NCBI GenBank assembly: GCA_031316235.1
Contig: JALDRA010000001.1
Coordinates: 2,910,001 to 2,942,000 of the forward strand
Length of the DNA stretch: 32,000 nucleotides
Direction: 5' to 3'
Source of the DNA: Candidatus Scalindua sp.
GTDB taxonomy: Bacteria; Planctomycetota; Brocadiia; Brocadiales; Scalinduaceae
A model generated the notes under the pieces. The model ran no database searches. It had not been told where the DNA came from and saw only the letters and a list, made by a program, of their open reading frames with translations. Below are positions 31,238 to 32,000 of the stretch, in pieces. The translations under genes were made by a program, and so were the position numbers. How positions within the stretch are numbered: position 1 is the stretch's first letter; every line of letters starts with the position of its first letter.

Positions 31238-32000
31238 ATGAAAAGTAAAATTCCGAAAATTACCGGTCTGATTTGTATTACAACGATAGTGGGTGTGGTT
31301 AATGTACCACATTCTTTCTGCTCTGATCAACCCGGCAAAGCTGTCTTTGGTGGTACAGCTGCCGTTAATGATTCCCGTCTTGACTATAGACCTGTGCCGG
31401 AAGTCTCACAATGTAACGAGAGTGAGTGGGGGGTATCCGGCCAGAAAGGTATCAGGACAAAGCATGATAATATTCCCTATAGAAAATGGTGTGAAGAGAC
31501 ATTTGTTAATGGTAATTACATCTATACTGCTTATAAGGAGATAGCATTCAATATTACCTATACTCCTGAGCAGGAAAAGGCCGATTTCTGGCAGACACCC
31601 TCTGAAACTGCCAGGATAAAGAGGGGAGACTGTGAGGATGCCGTATTTCTGTTTTTTTCACATATTCATCCGAAACAAAAATATGCTGAAATTGTCTGGG
31701 GTTGGGTGATTGATAGAAAAAGCATGATTGGTAAGGCTCATGTATGGTACCAGATCAAGGATAAGAAGGCTCAGACGTACGTTGTTGAGGCATTTTCTCA
31801 AGACTGGAACGGGATAATACCGCTGGACGTTTTGGAACGAAATGAAATCAGGAAACCCATATTTGTGATTGCTCATACTACCATCGGTAGTCTGGTCAAA
31901 TCTCTTAGGAAAACGGACAACTCTCAGAAAAAAGAAGCAGAAAAGGAGTTATTTAGAGAAACAGGTCTTGGAAGAGAGGAAAGAGACCAGCCGTTTTCTC
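31238..32000 (+). CDS. Transglutaminase-fold cysteine peptidase, BTLCP/LapG-like (3' end outside the window); not in the supplied ORF track
   Basis: ATG 31238 lies 5 nt after GGAGG, and frame 2 is open to the window end (254 codons, translated by hand). Signal-like MKSKIPKITGLICITTIVGVVNV. FWQTPSETARIKRGDCEDAVFLF (Cys codon 31631-31633) and GKAHVWYQI (His codon 31739-31741) fit the W-x-x-P-x-E-T..GDCED..H pattern of BTLCP peptidases. Confidence 0.55.
   Translation, partial: MKSKIPKITGLICITTIVGVVNVPHSFCSDQPGKAVFGGTAAVNDSRLDYRPVPEVSQCNESEWGVSGQKGIRTKHDNIPYRKWCEETFVNGNYIYTAYKEIAFNITYTPEQEKADFWQTPSETARIKRGDCEDAVFLFFSHIHPKQKYAEIVWGWVIDRKSMIGKAHVWYQIKDKKAQTYVVEAFSQDWNGIIPLDVLERNEIRKPIFVIAHTTIGSLVKSLRKTDNSQKKEAEKELFRETGLGREERDQPFS

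Noticed and set aside
30651-31248. Small ORFs in the AT-rich spacer (30651-30857 +, 30888-31184 -, 31030-31248 +)
   Set aside because: None has a convincing SD or recognisable motif, and they overlap one another on opposite strands. The region more likely holds the divergent promoters of the pelC-like gene and the peptidase gene. A small membrane protein cannot be excluded.
31293-31876. Track ORFs 31293-31544 (+) and 31658-31876 (-)
   Set aside because: They are shadows of the longer open-ended frame-2 ORF starting at 31238, which has a strong RBS, a signal peptide and a GDCED/His peptidase core.
1-32000. Mobile elements, prophage, toxin-antitoxin or defence systems
   Set aside because: No transposase/integrase/recombinase-like ORFs, terminal inverted repeats, tRNA targets or nuclease/helicase/ATPase defence signatures were recognised. 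All large ORFs are accounted for by flagellar, pilin-like, Pel or peptidase functions.

Overview
This window comes from a diderm, flagellated bacterium and looks moderately AT-rich by eye. The taxon cannot be fixed from sequence alone. The pseudopilin heads resemble those abundant in the PVC/Planctomycetota group, but that is only a hint. Nearly everything is on the + strand, in three blocks.

(1) nt 1-12045 is a flagellar hook/rod/ring/junction cluster: fliK' (3' fragment)-flgD-flgE, then flgF-flgG-flgA-flgH-flgI-flgJ (rod-binding domain only)-flgN-like-flgK-flgL-fliW-csrA.

(2) nt 12244-17088 holds two tandem paralogous genes for very large proteins. Each begins with a type IV pilin/pseudopilin class III signal (KG|F[ST]L[TI]E), continues with a FecR-like segment, and ends in long arrays of Cys/Asp-rich DxDGDG..DCDD..NPG..DDDC repeats (MopE-type putative metal-binding, thrombospondin-3-like). 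Copy 1 is broken by three 1-nt frameshifts and carries near-identical 144-bp tandem repeats. Copy 2 (~950 aa) is intact and adds His-rich, myxo-type Cys-rich and 4x30-aa modules. They sit in the slot where a flagellin gene often follows fliW-csrA. This pair is the most novel-looking content.

(3) nt 17330-30576 is a complete but rearranged Pel exopolysaccharide locus. pelA is split into hydrolase and deacetylase genes, and pelB into a TPR gene and a TPR+beta-barrel gene. These are followed by pelD-pelE-pelF-pelG and a PelC-like lipoprotein convergent on the - strand.

The window ends with an ORF absent from the supplied track (31238 to the window end) that looks like a BTLCP/LapG-type transglutaminase-fold cysteine peptidase. 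I saw no rRNA, tRNA, CRISPR, transposase/integrase or recognisable defence genes. All homology statements rest on motif recognition by eye, not on searches.
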